Part shown: positions 32,684-44,900 of the stretch, piece after piece | How positions within the stretch are numbered: position 1 is the first letter of the stretch | Layout: every line of letters begins with the position of its first letter | From: a virus | Lineage: Duplodnaviria > Caudoviricetes | Length of the DNA: 55,434 nt | Virus record (IMG/VR): IMGVR_UViG_3300033153_009453 | Location: 1-55,434 of that record | Direction: 5' to 3' (one strand) | Made by a program: the position numbers and the translations under genes | The notes under the pieces: generated by a model | Seen by the model: only the letters and a program-made list of their open reading frames with translations | The model's database searches: none | What the model was told of the DNA's origin: nothing

Positions 32684-33331
32684 ATGGAAAAGCTTTTAAT
32701 TATATGAGACCTCCATTGACTAAATATCTGGAAAGACCTTGTTAAGAAATATGAATTTGACAAGGTTATTTTTTTAGGAGACTATGTTGATAGTTTTGGC
32801 GTTCCAGATGATGAGATGGTGAGTAATCTACAAGAGATTATTAAATACAAGAAAGAGAATATAGAGAATACTATCCTTTTATGGGGAAACCATGACTTAC
32901 AATATATTGACAAGAAGTTTAGATGTAGTTGATATAGACATAGAATTGCAAAGACTTTGTATAATATATATAATCCAAATAAGAACCTATTTAAGGTAGT
33001 CCATTTGGAATGAGATTATGTATTTTCACATGCAGGCTTTACAGATTGATGGATAAATGAGAACTTCCTAGCTTGATGGTTTGAAGAAGAATTAAATGCT
33101 ATTCCTGATTGTTTAAGTCAAGTATGATTTGAAAGATGAGGTTGTACTAAATTTGGTAGCCCTGTTTGGGCTTGAAGAGAAGAAACTGAGAAGGATGAGT
33201 TTGTATTAGGGAGTTTAATACAAGTTGTATGACATACAGCTGTTCCCCATATAATTGACAAGTGACATATAATATATTGTGATAATTTAGAGTTTGGAAA
33301 TTGAGTACCTTTAATTCTTAATGTTGAGTAA
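32684..33331 (+). CDS. Calcineurin-like metallophosphoesterase (215 aa)
   Basis: IGDLHG, FLGDYVD, WGNHD, FSHAG and QVVGHT. Confidence 0.9.
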
Positions 33332-33525
33332 TGGAAGACTTTATAAAGTATTATTATAGAAGTATAAAATGAAATAAAGCTATAGGAAACAATCCTAGAT
33401 ATATTTATACATTATACAGATACTTTATATTGAATGCAAAATATTGAAGCTTAGGATGGAAGGTTAAGAAGTGGTTATTACAACCTATTTGACCTAATGA
33501 AGATGTACATTGGAGTAGAATTTAA
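33331..33525 (+). CDS. Hypothetical protein (64 aa)
   Basis: TAATG stop/start coupling, open with TGA=Gly. Confidence 0.55.
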
Positions 33526-33677
33526 TAAATAAAGCAGTTATATATATGAGAACATATAAAAAAGAGAATGGTGAAATAATCACCCATAGTGATAGTAAGA
33601 TTATGTATACTTGGGCTTCTAAGGAAGAGATAGAGAAAGGGGAAGATTGATATTATATGTTAATGAGTTAATAGAAT

Positions 33678-34622
33678 ATGAGCGATAAACTACCAGAAGG
33701 TTATATTAAATGAATAGAGAGGGTTAGTAATGTTGTTAGTTTTCTTTTTCCATTTAAAGGAGAAGATAAAAAGAGATATATTGAATGGGTATATAAGTCT
33801 CTTTCTCCAATTATAGAGTTTTCCTGAGACTTTGATAATCAAAAGGCTAGAGATTTAATAGCTGAATACCCTGAGTTTGTATGATTGAACTACAATATAG
33901 GTCATATGGTAGCTTTAGAAGCCTTATATATAAAAGAGGCTCAAGAAGTATGAACAACAATCCATTCCCATATGGAGAACTATATCCTATGAAATGCTAA
34001 TGATTGGTGTATAGATAGCCCTGAAACTGATTTTGGAATTAAATATATTTCCCAACTAAAAGAAGAAGGCTACACCTATATCGCCGAAAAGGTTATAAGG
34101 GATAAAAATAACCGCTTTCAATGAACTATAGATTTAGTTCAAATAGACGAGGACACTAAAACGGTTTGGTTGTATGATTGGAAGACTTGGTGAATAGCTA
34201 AGGAAAGATTTAATCTTCCAAATAAATATAGAAAACCATATAGTAAACTAAAGAAGGTAGCTCTACAGCTTTCTCTTTATGCGGAATACTTTCGCCAGAA
34301 AGGTTATACTATATGATGAATATATGCTGTATGGTTACATCATACTTGAGCGTATGAGTATCCGTTGAAGTTATGGACTACAGATGAGATAAACTCATTA
34401 TTAGAGAAGTTTATCAAGAGAGATTGATTACTTCCCCCAAATATAGATTTAATTTTTAAATATAATCCTATGAGACTAGAAATAAATACCGCAATACCAG
34501 ATAATACTTATTCTAATGCTAGAGTTATTCTAGAACAGAATGATATTGAAAAGTTTCCTAATCCAGAGAAGGCTATAGAAAGTGCAATTTCCTTACAAAA
34601 ATACTTATTAAGTAAATATTAA
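33678..34622 (+). CDS. PD-(D/E)XK exonuclease (RecB/Cas4-like; 314 aa)
   Basis: EVGTTIHSHME, FQGTIDLV, LYDWKT and LQLSLYA. Confidence 0.8.
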
Positions 34623-34624
34623 GA

Positions 34625-35761
34625 ATGAAATTAGATATAAACAAGTTACACCCTATTCCTAAGAAAATTGGAATAAGTACATTCTGATTAGCTGTATACA
34701 GTAAACCTAATAAAGAAATAGAGGAATTTATTAATTTTCATAACCTTAAAGTAGAAGAGAGTGGAAAATATACAAATATTCTAATTTGAGAAGATTGAAA
34801 CATTTTTAACTTATTCAAGCAACCAGAACAATTTGCTTATATGGATGGATTTTCCCCAAATATAAATAAAAGTCTTCATGCTTGACATTTAGCTAACTTA
34901 GTTACAGCTAAAGCATTTCAAAAGCTGTGAATTACAGAGAAAACGATTGCATTAATGGGGGACACTTTACAATGAACTAATGAAAAATACTTAGAAGAAT
35001 ATTTTAATTTAATACATAAGTTTAAATATAAACTTCACAATACCTACTTTGCTTCAAACATGGTTTATAATTGAAGGCTTCAAGCTTGAAATGATAAATA
35101 TGAATGAACTAAAGTATTTAATATAGATTGAAATAAGATTGTATGAACTAAGAAAGATGGAAGTAGTTCTTATTTTTATCAGGATGCTGCCTTGGCAGAA
35201 TTATTAAACAAGAAAACCTTATATCTAACAGGTAGTGAACAAAATCAACACTTTGAATTATTAGGTAAAATATTTAATATAAAACATATATGATTATGAT
35301 TACTTAAACTTTCGGGCAAGAAAATGTCAAGTAGAGTTTGAAATGTTATTATGGCTAAAGATTTAGTTAAGACAGAATTGGATTATAATATCTTTGCAGG
35401 GCATATTCTTAAAAGAAACCCTAAGACAGAAAAGATTATTAATCTTGATGAACTTAATAATCCAACTTATAGCCCTTGATTATATATAAGCTATACAATG
35501 GCTAGATTGTATTCTGCAGGATGTGAAGATGAGAAATGATGTTCAGCTAGGCTAGATTATGCTTATTTAAAATCTAAGTGTAATTTAAATCCATCCATTC
35601 TATTTAACGAGTTATTTAGTTATTGTGTTTCAATCAATTCCCTATATGAAAAGAAAAGAATTAAATGAAATGCTGATAATTTAATATTGTTTTCTGATAT
35701 GTTAGGTAGCTTAACTACACAATGTGAAAGATTGGGATTATTTAAAACTAAAAAGGTATAA
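34625..35761 (+). CDS. argS: Compact arginyl-tRNA synthetase-like protein (class I aaRS; 378 aa)
   Basis: HIGH region FSPNINKSLHAGHLAN, KKDGSSSYFYQDAA, LYLTGSEQNQHF, KMSKS region HIGLGLLKLSGKKMSSRVGNVI and SPGLYISYTMARLYS, in the same order as in ArgRS. Confidence 0.85.
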
Positions 35762-36027
35762 TGGCATTTAGAGATGAAAACTGAAACATAATTACAGCTA
35801 GACAAGTTTCGGCGAACAATAGAAGGGGAGTTAAAGGAAGTTACTTTTCTTTAGTTGGAAAAAAAATTTGGTATGTTGAAGATGATTATAAGTTATACGA
35901 AGGAGTAATTATACAAGAGATGGAGGGAAATATTGTTAGAACTAGAGTAATTGATAGACATATTAATTATACAGGATGAGAAGTAGAGAGAGATGTAGGG
36001 TTAAATATTGTAAGATTTAAAAAGTAA
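35761..36027 (+). CDS. Hypothetical protein (88 aa)
   Basis: TAATG coupling to the argS-like gene. Confidence 0.65.
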
Positions 36028-36029
36028 AT

Positions 36030-36254
36030 ATGGAAATTGAAACTTTGTATGATGTGGGTGATACAGTTTACTATATGCACCACAATAAGGTGCAAGAAGA
36101 TAGTATTTATGAAGTGAATATAAAAAGATGCTTAAATCATTATTCTATTACAACTACAGAAATAACATATCTTTTTAGCTGAAAATGGAGAAAAGGTAGC
36201 TGGTCGATAACAGACGTGTTTAGAACAAAGAAAGCCTTATTAAATAGTTTATAA
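36030..36254 (+). CDS. Conserved phage hypothetical protein (74 aa)
   Basis: IETLYDVGDTVYYM...VFRTKKALLNSL. Confidence 0.7.
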
Positions 36255-36258
36255 ATAA

Positions 36259-36567
36259 ATGAAAGTATTTACAGAAAAACACCTAAAGGAATGTATAGAA
36301 TACCAAATGAAATTAAATTGATATTCTATTACATATAATACAATTAAAAGACTTGATAAACATTGAGTTCAATGGTATCACGATTTTACAACAACAGAAA
36401 AGAAAGAAAAAGAATATAAGAAATGGCTTTTCAAATATTTTAAACCTTTTGAGAAGAATAAAAAGGTAAGAAAATCTAAGGTATCTTACTTTATTTTATC
36501 ATATTGACTTAGAATTATAAATGAAAATAGTAACTCCGATATACATGGTTCAAAAGTTCAAGACTAA
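36259..36567 (+). CDS. Hypothetical protein (102 aa)
   Basis: Open with TGA=Gly. Confidence 0.65.
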
Positions 36568-36904
36568 GAAGAGTAAGAATATCTCACTTAATATGAATTG
36601 GTATAGGAATGTCCATTACCTTATAAATAATAAGATGAAGAAAGAGTTTAAGGTTCTTATTTCCTCTCAAATAGAATGAAAAGTACTTAAGCCTCCAATT
36701 AGAGCTGAATATACACTATATTGGAGTAGGTTGAGTGATTTAGATAATCGGGGAGCTGTTGTAACTAAATACTTACAAGATGCTTTGGTTGAATATTGAG
36801 TTATAGAAGATGATAATTTTAATTTCATAGTAGAGAATAATTATAAAGTTTGAGGGAAGGATAGAGATAACCCTAGATTTGAGGTATTATTAATAGAAAT
36901 ATAA
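36521..36904 (+). CDS. RusA-like Holliday junction resolvase (127 aa)
   Basis: LNMNWYRN, SDLDNx, KYLQDALVEYGVIEDDN and NPRFEV. Confidence 0.8.
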
Positions 36905-36906
36905 AT

Positions 36907-37113
36907 ATGAAACCTAAACCAAGAATGTGTAGGTGTAGAGACTGTAGAGGTTATAGAAGCTGGTCTAGGCATCTACAACATCAACGCTATAGACAGTTTC
37001 AAAGAAAGGTATTTAATAGAAAGTTTAGAAAGTATTCTAAAGCTTTATTACAAAAAGGTAATTATGACGATTTACCTAATTATTGAAAATTTATAGAATT
37101 TTATACAGATTAA
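36907..37113 (+). CDS. Arg-rich small protein with CxCxxC (68 aa)
   Basis: MCRCRDCR...YTD. Confidence 0.65.
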
Positions 37114-37119
37114 AAAACA

Positions 37120-37437
37120 ATGGACAAATATACAAAAGATATTAGAAAGTTTCTCATAAAGGAGAATATGGAAGTTTATTATAAAGATAAACTATATGTT
37201 GTAGTAAAAATTAATGAAGATTGAACTGTTTTTATACAAGAACAATTTAAAAAATTGGAAACTGCTGTTAGATTTGAAAAAAATCCTAACGATTACAAGA
37301 CTGTTAATATTAATGAATTAATGTTTACAATCAATTTTGGAGAAGTAATAGAAGAGGAGGAACTAAAGAGACAACTAGATGCTTGGGATGCAAAAAGGAA
37401 TAAGAAAATATTTAAAAATATGGGAATAACTAATTAA
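37120..37437 (+). CDS. Hypothetical protein (105 aa)
   Basis: The ORF-track gene extended upstream through TGA to the ATG at 37120. Confidence 0.65.
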
Positions 37438-37439
37438 TT

Positions 37440-37745
37440 ATGAGAACAATATATATTAGGCTAATAGCCTACTTAAAAGCTGAGATGATGCTAAAGAGAA
37501 AGAGTAGAACTTTTATGAAAAAGATTTACAAAAATAGAATTGAAGCAAACTTAAAATGAGATAGAGAGTTTGTAATATTCGCTATTGATAAAATGAGTGA
37601 GAGTTTTCATTCAAATAAACTATCAGTAGAATATATAGAGAAGTTATTGTATGGGTTTTACTTTATGACCTGAAAAAAGGAATTAAATAGAGCTATACTT
37701 GAAACTATCAAGCAAAGGAAGGAAGAATTGAAGAAAGGGGTGTAA
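37440..37745 (+). CDS. Hypothetical protein (101 aa)
   Basis: Open with TGA=Gly. Confidence 0.65.
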
Positions 37746-37752
37746 ACCACCA

Positions 37753-37840
37753 TTAAAATCGTTTCTAAGGCATCTTAGTTGCCCTAGACTATACTTATAC
37801 CTAAAACCTATAACAAGTACCTTAGAGGCGATGTTTTAAA
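37753..37840 (+). repeat. Dispersed imperfect palindromic element, copy 2
   Basis: TTAAAATCGTTTCTAAGG ... TATACCTAAA ... CCTTAGAGGCGATGTTTTAA; the arms pair using G.T wobbles. Confidence 0.65.
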
Positions 37841-37857
37841 GAAATAATATTAAAATA

Positions 37858-38181
37858 ATGAAATATTTAACAAAGAATAGATGAAATGTTGAAATAGAGA
37901 GAGAATTTGTAGCTATTGATACAAAAGATGTTAAAGTTATAACTCTTACTCTTTCAAGTAGAGGCGTATTATTTGGTTCAACTTCTAGTGCTTATAATTT
38001 TGATGGAAAAGGAAATACTGAGCGTACAATTTGTTTAAATAGTTGTTGGGGTTCTGTTGTTGGTGGTGGTTGGATAGACTTAAATATACCTAATGGTTAT
38101 GAATATGGTTGAATAATGTTTGATAAGTATGATGTTATTATAACATTGATTAATAAGGATGTTAGTTTATTTTGATTATAA
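37858..38181 (+). CDS. Hypothetical protein (107 aa)
   Basis: Open with TGA=Gly. Confidence 0.65.
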
Positions 38182-38187
38182 TATAAA

Positions 38188-38412
38188 ATGGAAGAAATAA
38201 AAGACTTTGTATGAAATACAGCTGAGATGTGAGATATAATCGCCTTTATAGGAAGTAGAAAGGGGAAACTAGAAGAGAGGGAGATTTTTAAGTTAGAAAC
38301 TCACGGTTATCATAAATACAATGCTGAGATACAATCAAGAACTACAGGATTTATAAGAAACACATATTTACGAGAGAATAATTTTATAATATTAGAAAAG
38401 AAATGAAATTAA
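38188..38412 (+). CDS. Hypothetical protein (74 aa)
   Basis: IKDFVGN...GDIIAF. Confidence 0.65.
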
Positions 38413-38633
38413 AAATTAAACAAGTAGTTCAGGAGTTTAAGTCAACTTATGATGAAAAAATAAAATGAGTATATGTTATAGAGATAACAGAAACAGAACG
38501 CAGTAATTGAGAAGAAATAATAGTGAGGGATTGAGATGTTTTTCAAAAACTTACTCATTGTTTAAATTGAAGTATATTAGAGGGGCATTTTACTGAAAAG
38601 TTCAACGACGAACTTAAAAGAATATTTGTATAA
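38403..38633 (+). CDS. Hypothetical protein (76 aa)
   Basis: Open with TGA=Gly. Confidence 0.6.
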
Positions 38634-38643
38634 GAATAAAGTA

Positions 38644-39090
38644 ATGAAATATTTAAGTAAACAAATAACTTTACAAGAAGTACCTAATGAGATTAGTTTA
38701 AGTTATCTCATTACAGGTTGCCCTTGAAGATGTAAGGGCTGCCATTCCCCAGAAGCTAGAGATTGAAGTTTAGGAGAAGAGTTAACAGTAGAGGTGCTAG
38801 CCTCTCATCTAAAAGAGAATGACGGTATTACTTGTGTTTGTTTTTTAGGAGGAGATTGGGAGGATTTAACATTATTTAGTTTAATTCTAGGAATTAAAGG
38901 TCAATGATTAAAAGTTTGTCTATATACGTCAAAGGAAAGTGCCCCTAAGGGGTTAGGATGATATTTAGATTATCTAAAGACTTGACCTTATATAGAAGAA
39001 TTATGAGGACTTGATAATCCTAAAACAAATCAAAAGTTTTTTAATTTTAGAACTTGAGAAAAACTAAATAAATATTTTTTAAAGAAATAG
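38644..39090 (+). CDS. nrdG: Anaerobic ribonucleotide reductase activating protein (radical SAM; 148 aa)
   Basis: QEVPNEISL, GCPGRCKGCHSP (CxxxCxxC), FLGGDW, DYLKTGPY and TNQ. Confidence 0.92.
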
Positions 39091-39093
39091 AAT

Positions 39094-39270
39094 ATGCTTA
39101 ATATAAGTTTAGAAGGATTAATTTGGGACTTAAAGGAAGATTGGGAAGATTGATGAACCACTAGTGAAGACATCCGTAAAAAAATAGAAAAGGAACTTAA
39201 AAAAATATCTGAGGATGATTTAAGACAATGAGTTTTAGATTATTTTACAGAGGAAATTTGTAGTTGATAA
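39094..39270 (+). CDS. Hypothetical acidic protein (58 aa)
   Basis: Lies between nrdG and nrdD, open with TGA=Gly. Confidence 0.55.
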
Positions 39271-39280
39271 TAATAGTTAA

Positions 39281-41065
39281 ATGTTTGTAAAATTAACAAA
39301 AGACCAAATAAAGAAAAAAAAAGAGTTTATAGAGAACTATAAAACTAAAAACAATCCTGCAACTCTATCAACATTAGATGCAAATGCAAATGTAGCTCAT
39401 AAAAATATAGCCACACTTGAAGCTGAAATCAATAAAGATGTTAATATTCAAATTAATAGAGCAATTGTAAGTGATAAAATAACTGAGATGTTCGGCGAAG
39501 AGTTAGGAAGTGAATATGTGAGGCAAATAGAAGACCATGAGATATATGTCCATGATGAGACAAGCTTAAAGCCTTATTGTGTTAGCGTAAGTATGTACCC
39601 ATTGTTAACGCATTGAATGACTACATTATGATGAGAAAGTAAAGCTCCTAAGAATATATACAGCTTCGCAGGTAGCTTTGTAAACCTAGTATTCGCTATA
39701 GCTAGTCAATTTGCTTGAGCTGTAGCAACTGTAGAGTTTTTAATGTACTTTGACCATTTTGCTAGAAAGCAATGGGGAGAAGGTTATACTAAGAATATAA
39801 CACCTGAGCTTCATAAAGAGCTTACTCAACTATTCCAGCATGTAGTATACTCAATAAATCAACCAGCTGCCGCAAGAGGGTATCAATCCGTCTTTTTTAA
39901 CATAAGTATATTTGATAAGAATTACTTTACTTCTTTATTCGGAGACTTTGTGTTTCCAGATTGAGATATTCCTAAATGGTCTAGTCTTGACGGACTACAG
40001 AAAGTGTTTATGGAATGGTTCAATGAAGAGAGGAGTAAAGCTGTTCTAACATTTCCTGTAATTACAGCTGCAATGTTGACAGAGAATAATGAAGTGAAAG
40101 ATAAGGACTTTGCTGATTTTATAAGTAAGGAAATGAGTGAGGGTAATTCCTTCTTTGTATATCAATCAGATAGTGTTGACAGCCTCTCAGCGTGCTGCAG
40201 GCTCAAGTCTACCATTACTGACAATACATTTAGTTATTCCCTATGAGCTTGATGAGTTAGTACTTGAAGTATTAATGTTATAACTATTAACTTTAATAGA
40301 TTAATTCAGAAATGAATTGATTTAAAGGAGCAAATAGACAGAATACATAAATATCAACTGTCTTACTTAGAAGTGATTAAGGATTATAAGAGAGCTTGAC
40401 TATTACCTGTATATGATGCTGGTTATATAAGTTTAAGTAAGCAATTTCTAACCATCTGAATTAATTGAATGGTTGAAGCTGCTGAAAGTTTAGGATTAGA
40501 AGCCTCTAATAACGACGAATATAAGGCTTGGGTTGCTACCCAGCTAAAAGTTATTTACGATGCAAATAAGGCTATTAAAGCATCATCTGGAGTGATGTTT
40601 AATACAGAGTTTGTTCCAGCTGAGAACTTATGAGTTAAGAATAGTAAATGGGACAAGAAGGATTGATTAAAGGCTATAAGAGATTGTTATAACTCTTATT
40701 TTTATAAAGTAGAAGATGAAGAGACAAGTATGATTGATAAATTTTCCCTCCATTGAAAAGATATGATTGAATACTTAGATTGATGAAGTGCTCTCCATTT
40801 AAACTTAGATGAATTATTAACTAAAGAGAATGCTTTGAAGTTACTTAATTTATGAGCTAAATCAGGTTGTAATTACTTTACATTTAATGTAAGAAGTACA
40901 ATATGTAATGGCTGTGGGTATATAAACAAAGAAACTAAGCAATTCTGTACTAAGTGTGGTTCTATGGATATAGACTATGGTACAAGAGTTATAGGGTATT
41001 TAAAGAGAGTTTCAGCTTTTTCAGAAGCTAGACAAACCGAAGCCCATATAAGATTTTATAATTAA
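39281..41065 (+). CDS. nrdD: Anaerobic (class III) ribonucleoside-triphosphate reductase (594 aa)
   Basis: Three ORF-track fragments join through TGA. Motifs IYVHD..LKPYC, LSACCRL, FVPAENLG, GGSALHLN, CNGCG..CTKCG and glycyl-radical TRVIGYL. Confidence 0.95.
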
Positions 41066-41078
41066 AAAAACAACTATA

Positions 41079-41252
41079 ATGAATTATTGAAGAGTAGATT
41101 TAGCTCGTAGAATTTTAGTTAGCCTTATGGTTAATACAACTAAAAATCCTAAGTTTCTATCAGGAGAAAAAGATTGACCTAAGCTATGTAAAAGAAATAT
41201 GGCTGTTGCAAGATGTATTCTAGAAATAGATGCGTTGAAGAAGATTTTATAA
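41079..41252 (+). CDS. Hypothetical protein (57 aa)
   Basis: Open with TGA=Gly. Confidence 0.55.
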
Positions 41253-41263
41253 TTAAAGAATTA

Positions 41264-41437
41264 ATGATTAAAACAGTTTGAGATTTAATGGAAGAATTAG
41301 GTAGTTATCCATATAATATGGGGCTAGTAATTACCTCCTCTCATAAGAACGGTTGGGAGGGGAAAGTTATAAATAATATTTACTCTAATATTGAAGATGA
41401 TACTATTCATCTAGACATATGAGATAACTTAGAATAA
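41264..41437 (+). CDS. Hypothetical protein (57 aa)
   Basis: IKTVGDLMEELGSYP pattern common in small phage proteins. Confidence 0.6.
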
Positions 41438-41439
41438 TA

Positions 41440-41601
41440 ATGATTATAATAACAATAATATTAGTCTTCTTAGTAGCTATATTAGGCGACTTAGCTCTTT
41501 ACTATAAAAGACTAAGTGAAAGAACAATAAAGTTAAATGGAGAGTTAATAAAAGACAATAAGAGTATTCTTAAAATACTTGAGACAACAAAAAAGAGGTA
41601 A
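41440..41601 (+). CDS. Small membrane-anchored protein (53 aa)
   Basis: N-terminal hydrophobic helix followed by a basic coiled-coil. Confidence 0.55.
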   Translation: MIIITIILVFLVAILGDLALYYKRLSERTIKLNGELIKDNKSILKILETTKKR

Positions 41602-41623
41602 TAATTTATAATAAAAAAAATAT

Positions 41624-41917
41624 ATGGAAAGAAAATGACTTACTGTAACAAAGGAACTAGAAGAGCTTAAAGATAAAGAAAAATTAGAAGATATAAAAAA
41701 ATCCTTATCTCATTCTCCTAATATTATCAAAACCGTAGCAAGTTTGATTGCCTTATTAGAAAAGTTCCCTAGTGAAAATAGTTTTAACATTAGGGTTTTC
41801 CCTAAAGATGATAAATTTGGAAATACTCTAAATATAGATAAATTATTTTGTTATTGAAATGATGTATATGTAGATACAAGTATAGTTCCTAACTCTGTAA
41901 TAGAGGTAAAAGGATAA
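41624..41917 (+). CDS. Hypothetical protein (97 aa)
   Basis: Contains IKTVASLIALLEKFP, similar to the 41264 protein. Confidence 0.6.
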
Positions 41918-41933
41918 AAAAAAGAATACAAAT

Positions 41934-41971
41934 AAAAAAAGAGGTAGAATTAATTTTCTACCTCTTTTTTT
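41934..41971. terminator. Bidirectional intrinsic terminator where the two transcription arms converge
   Basis: AAAAAAAGAGGTAGAA-TTAATT-TTCTACCTCTTTTTTT. Confidence 0.9.
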
Positions 41972-44900
41972 ATTTCAATGGAATTTTATTTTTCTTAGCT
42001 ATTCTTTTAAGTTCCTTTTTTATGTTAGCTATTTTACTATCAGAAAGTATTCAAGTACCTTTCAATTTATAAAATTGTTTCTTCATTTTCTCCAATCATT
42101 CATCTTGTAAAATACGAGCAAATCTTTGCCCTATTTTATCAGCACTCATCCCAGTAAAAAAGAAATAATTAGTTCAATACTTTAATTTAATTTCTTTATC
42201 TTTAAGTTCTTCTTTTAGAATTTTCTTATAATCACTTTCATAAAATTCATAACTTTTATATTCCTTTATAAGTTCTTGTACCCCCTCTTTATATTCACCC
42301 ATACTTTTCATTTCTTCAAGTCTAGTTCTAATCCTTTGTCTATGGTCTGCCTTAAATGATTGTTCAGCGAAACCTTCTTCTGTGGCTATATCTTCTTCCG
42401 AAGTAAGTTCTTGAAGCTTGTAAGCTTTCTTAAATACACCAGTTATTCTAGCTATCGGTCATTTAACATTAGTCTCTGATACTCAAACATCAGAAATCTT
42501 ATTTAAAGCAAGAGCTGCTGTATCGGAAAGTACTCATGTTGGGTCAAATGTTTCAAAGAACTTTTCTAATTTAATTGGAGAAGGTTGTTGTCCTCATTCA
42601 ATTACTCAGCTCTCACTAACTTCTCATCAAGTAATTAATGCCCAAGCTTTAGAAAGCTTTATATACAATGGGTTCGTATACTTAGTATATTGCTCCGTAC
42701 CTTGTCTTTTATCATAATCTGATACTAAGTCCTTATCTCTGAAAAAGTCTTTGTTTAGAGTAACTTCTAGGACTTGTTTAAGTCAGGGTGGTAATTTAGA
42801 TGGGTCTACTCATAAAGGCTTTTCTAAGTCTCCTCCATAAGTTAAATCTTGAAATAAGGGGTTTAATCCCATCTTACCTATACCACCATTTTCGTGTAGG
42901 TCAACCACCATTGGATATATCCATTTAATAGGAGGTACTTTAGATAGTACTTTATAGAAACTCATTTCTCAATTCTCTTCATCTAAAGAAGCAAATCAAG
43001 CTTGTGTGCGTTTAAAGGCGGATTGTTTTCTTAAAGCATCTCATCTTTCGCCTGAATAGTTATATTGATACATAATCTCAGCTATAGCTGTAGAACCTCC
43101 AAGAACTCAAACTATAAACTTTCTTGGGTTATCATCAAACATCTTCTTCATAGCCAAGTTACTAGAGAGTGCTGTATTAAGGTATGGGATGAACTTTGAT
43201 ATATCATTTATAGCTTTACTAGCTGAGGCATAATCCATTATACTTCTAGCTACACGACTAGCATCCTGAGCATCAGCTCATAATCATTTAAGTTCATTTG
43301 TTAACCCTTTTACATCTGTTTGTCAATCCACCACATATTTCTTAGCTATTTTCTGGAAATCAGGAGCACTTAACCCTTTTTTCTTTAGTTGGGCTTCAAA
43401 AGTCGGAAGTCTAGTAGTATTTTTCTCTATTATATGTCATAAGGCGTTATACAGTTTATGGGTCTTAAGAGACCATTCTCTAATCTTACCAACCTTATTT
43501 ATATCTTCTACTCATAAAAATTCTCAAAACTCTCTTTCAAATAATTTAGTTCTAGTAAAATCTCCTCAATGTTCCTTCAACATTGCGTGCATTGCAATTT
43601 TACCTTCTGGTGTTCCCATATAACTAGTTCATTTAGCGAATTTACTTGTATTAGTAGAAGCTAATACCATAGATTTAATATAATCTACCATATTTCATCA
43701 GTTAAGCCAATTCTTCATAGCTGCCATCGGTGCTTCATATGCTGGAGCTCCTACTTGAAAAGCTATATTAGCTGATACTGCCATTGTTTTAAGTATTCTA
43801 GATGGTGTTTGAGCTATAGTACTCAATAAACTTATTGCTCCTGCATCATTTTTGTCTAATGCTTCTTTATAATAAGCTGGAACTTCCACATATATCTTCT
43901 TTCCATTTTGAAATGCTTCCACAATAGCTCATCATCTTTCTGTAACCTTATCCTCAGGAACTATTTTAGCTATTCCTAAATCTTCACCATACTCTAGCAT
44001 TGTATTAACTAACTTAGACCTTGTTGCTACCTTAGTTCTATAAGCTAAGTTTTTAGCTAGATTTTCCAAAGCATTCTTTGATAAATCAACATCCTCAGTT
44101 CATTCTCATAACTTTTGTCCCATCTTAACTAAGCGTCAATTGTCATCGTTTTTAACTGCTGTTTCTATTACCGCTACATCTCATTTATCTGGAACATATA
44201 CTGGATTATTTTTCTTAAATGCTGCTACCTCCTCAGGTGTTCTCATTCAAGCCTCTATTTCAAGGTCTAATACTTGATTATTAGGTCTCTCAGCTATTTT
44301 AGCTAACTCCTCATACTTTCATTCTCTTTCTGCAATACTCATTTTAAGTCTTTCAGGTGTCCAATCCATTTTAGCTCAGTTCTCAAAATTTTGAACTGTG
44401 GAAAATGCCTTTCATCTTCCTGCTTGTGATATTGCCTTGTTATACCTTGACTTTTCCCAAAGGTATTGATTAAAGTCCTCAAAGTCTCCTCATGCCTCTT
44501 TAACAATTCTATTAAAGTCTCCTTTAATATTATCAGCTTTATTAAAAGTTTGAGCTACATCCAAGTCATTTTCAACTTTCTTTATAGCTGGACTTAATTT
44601 CCAGTTAACACTTTTGTCTCCTACTGATTGCCCGAATAGTCTATTTTGATTTTCATAGATTTTAGAAGCACTTCTATTATAAATATAATCAAAAGTATTA
44701 GCAAGACTACCTTTCTTTGGGTCCCACATTTTTAAATCTTTAGCCCTCTTCTCTATAAATCATTCTTTAATAGGTTTCTTTCTAGCTCTCTTTATACTCT
44801 CTTCTCTCATCCTTTTAACTAAAGCTGCCTCAGATGCCCCCTTGATGGGGTCTACTTTAGCTCATTCCTTAACTGATTTAGTAAATCACTCTTCTACTAT

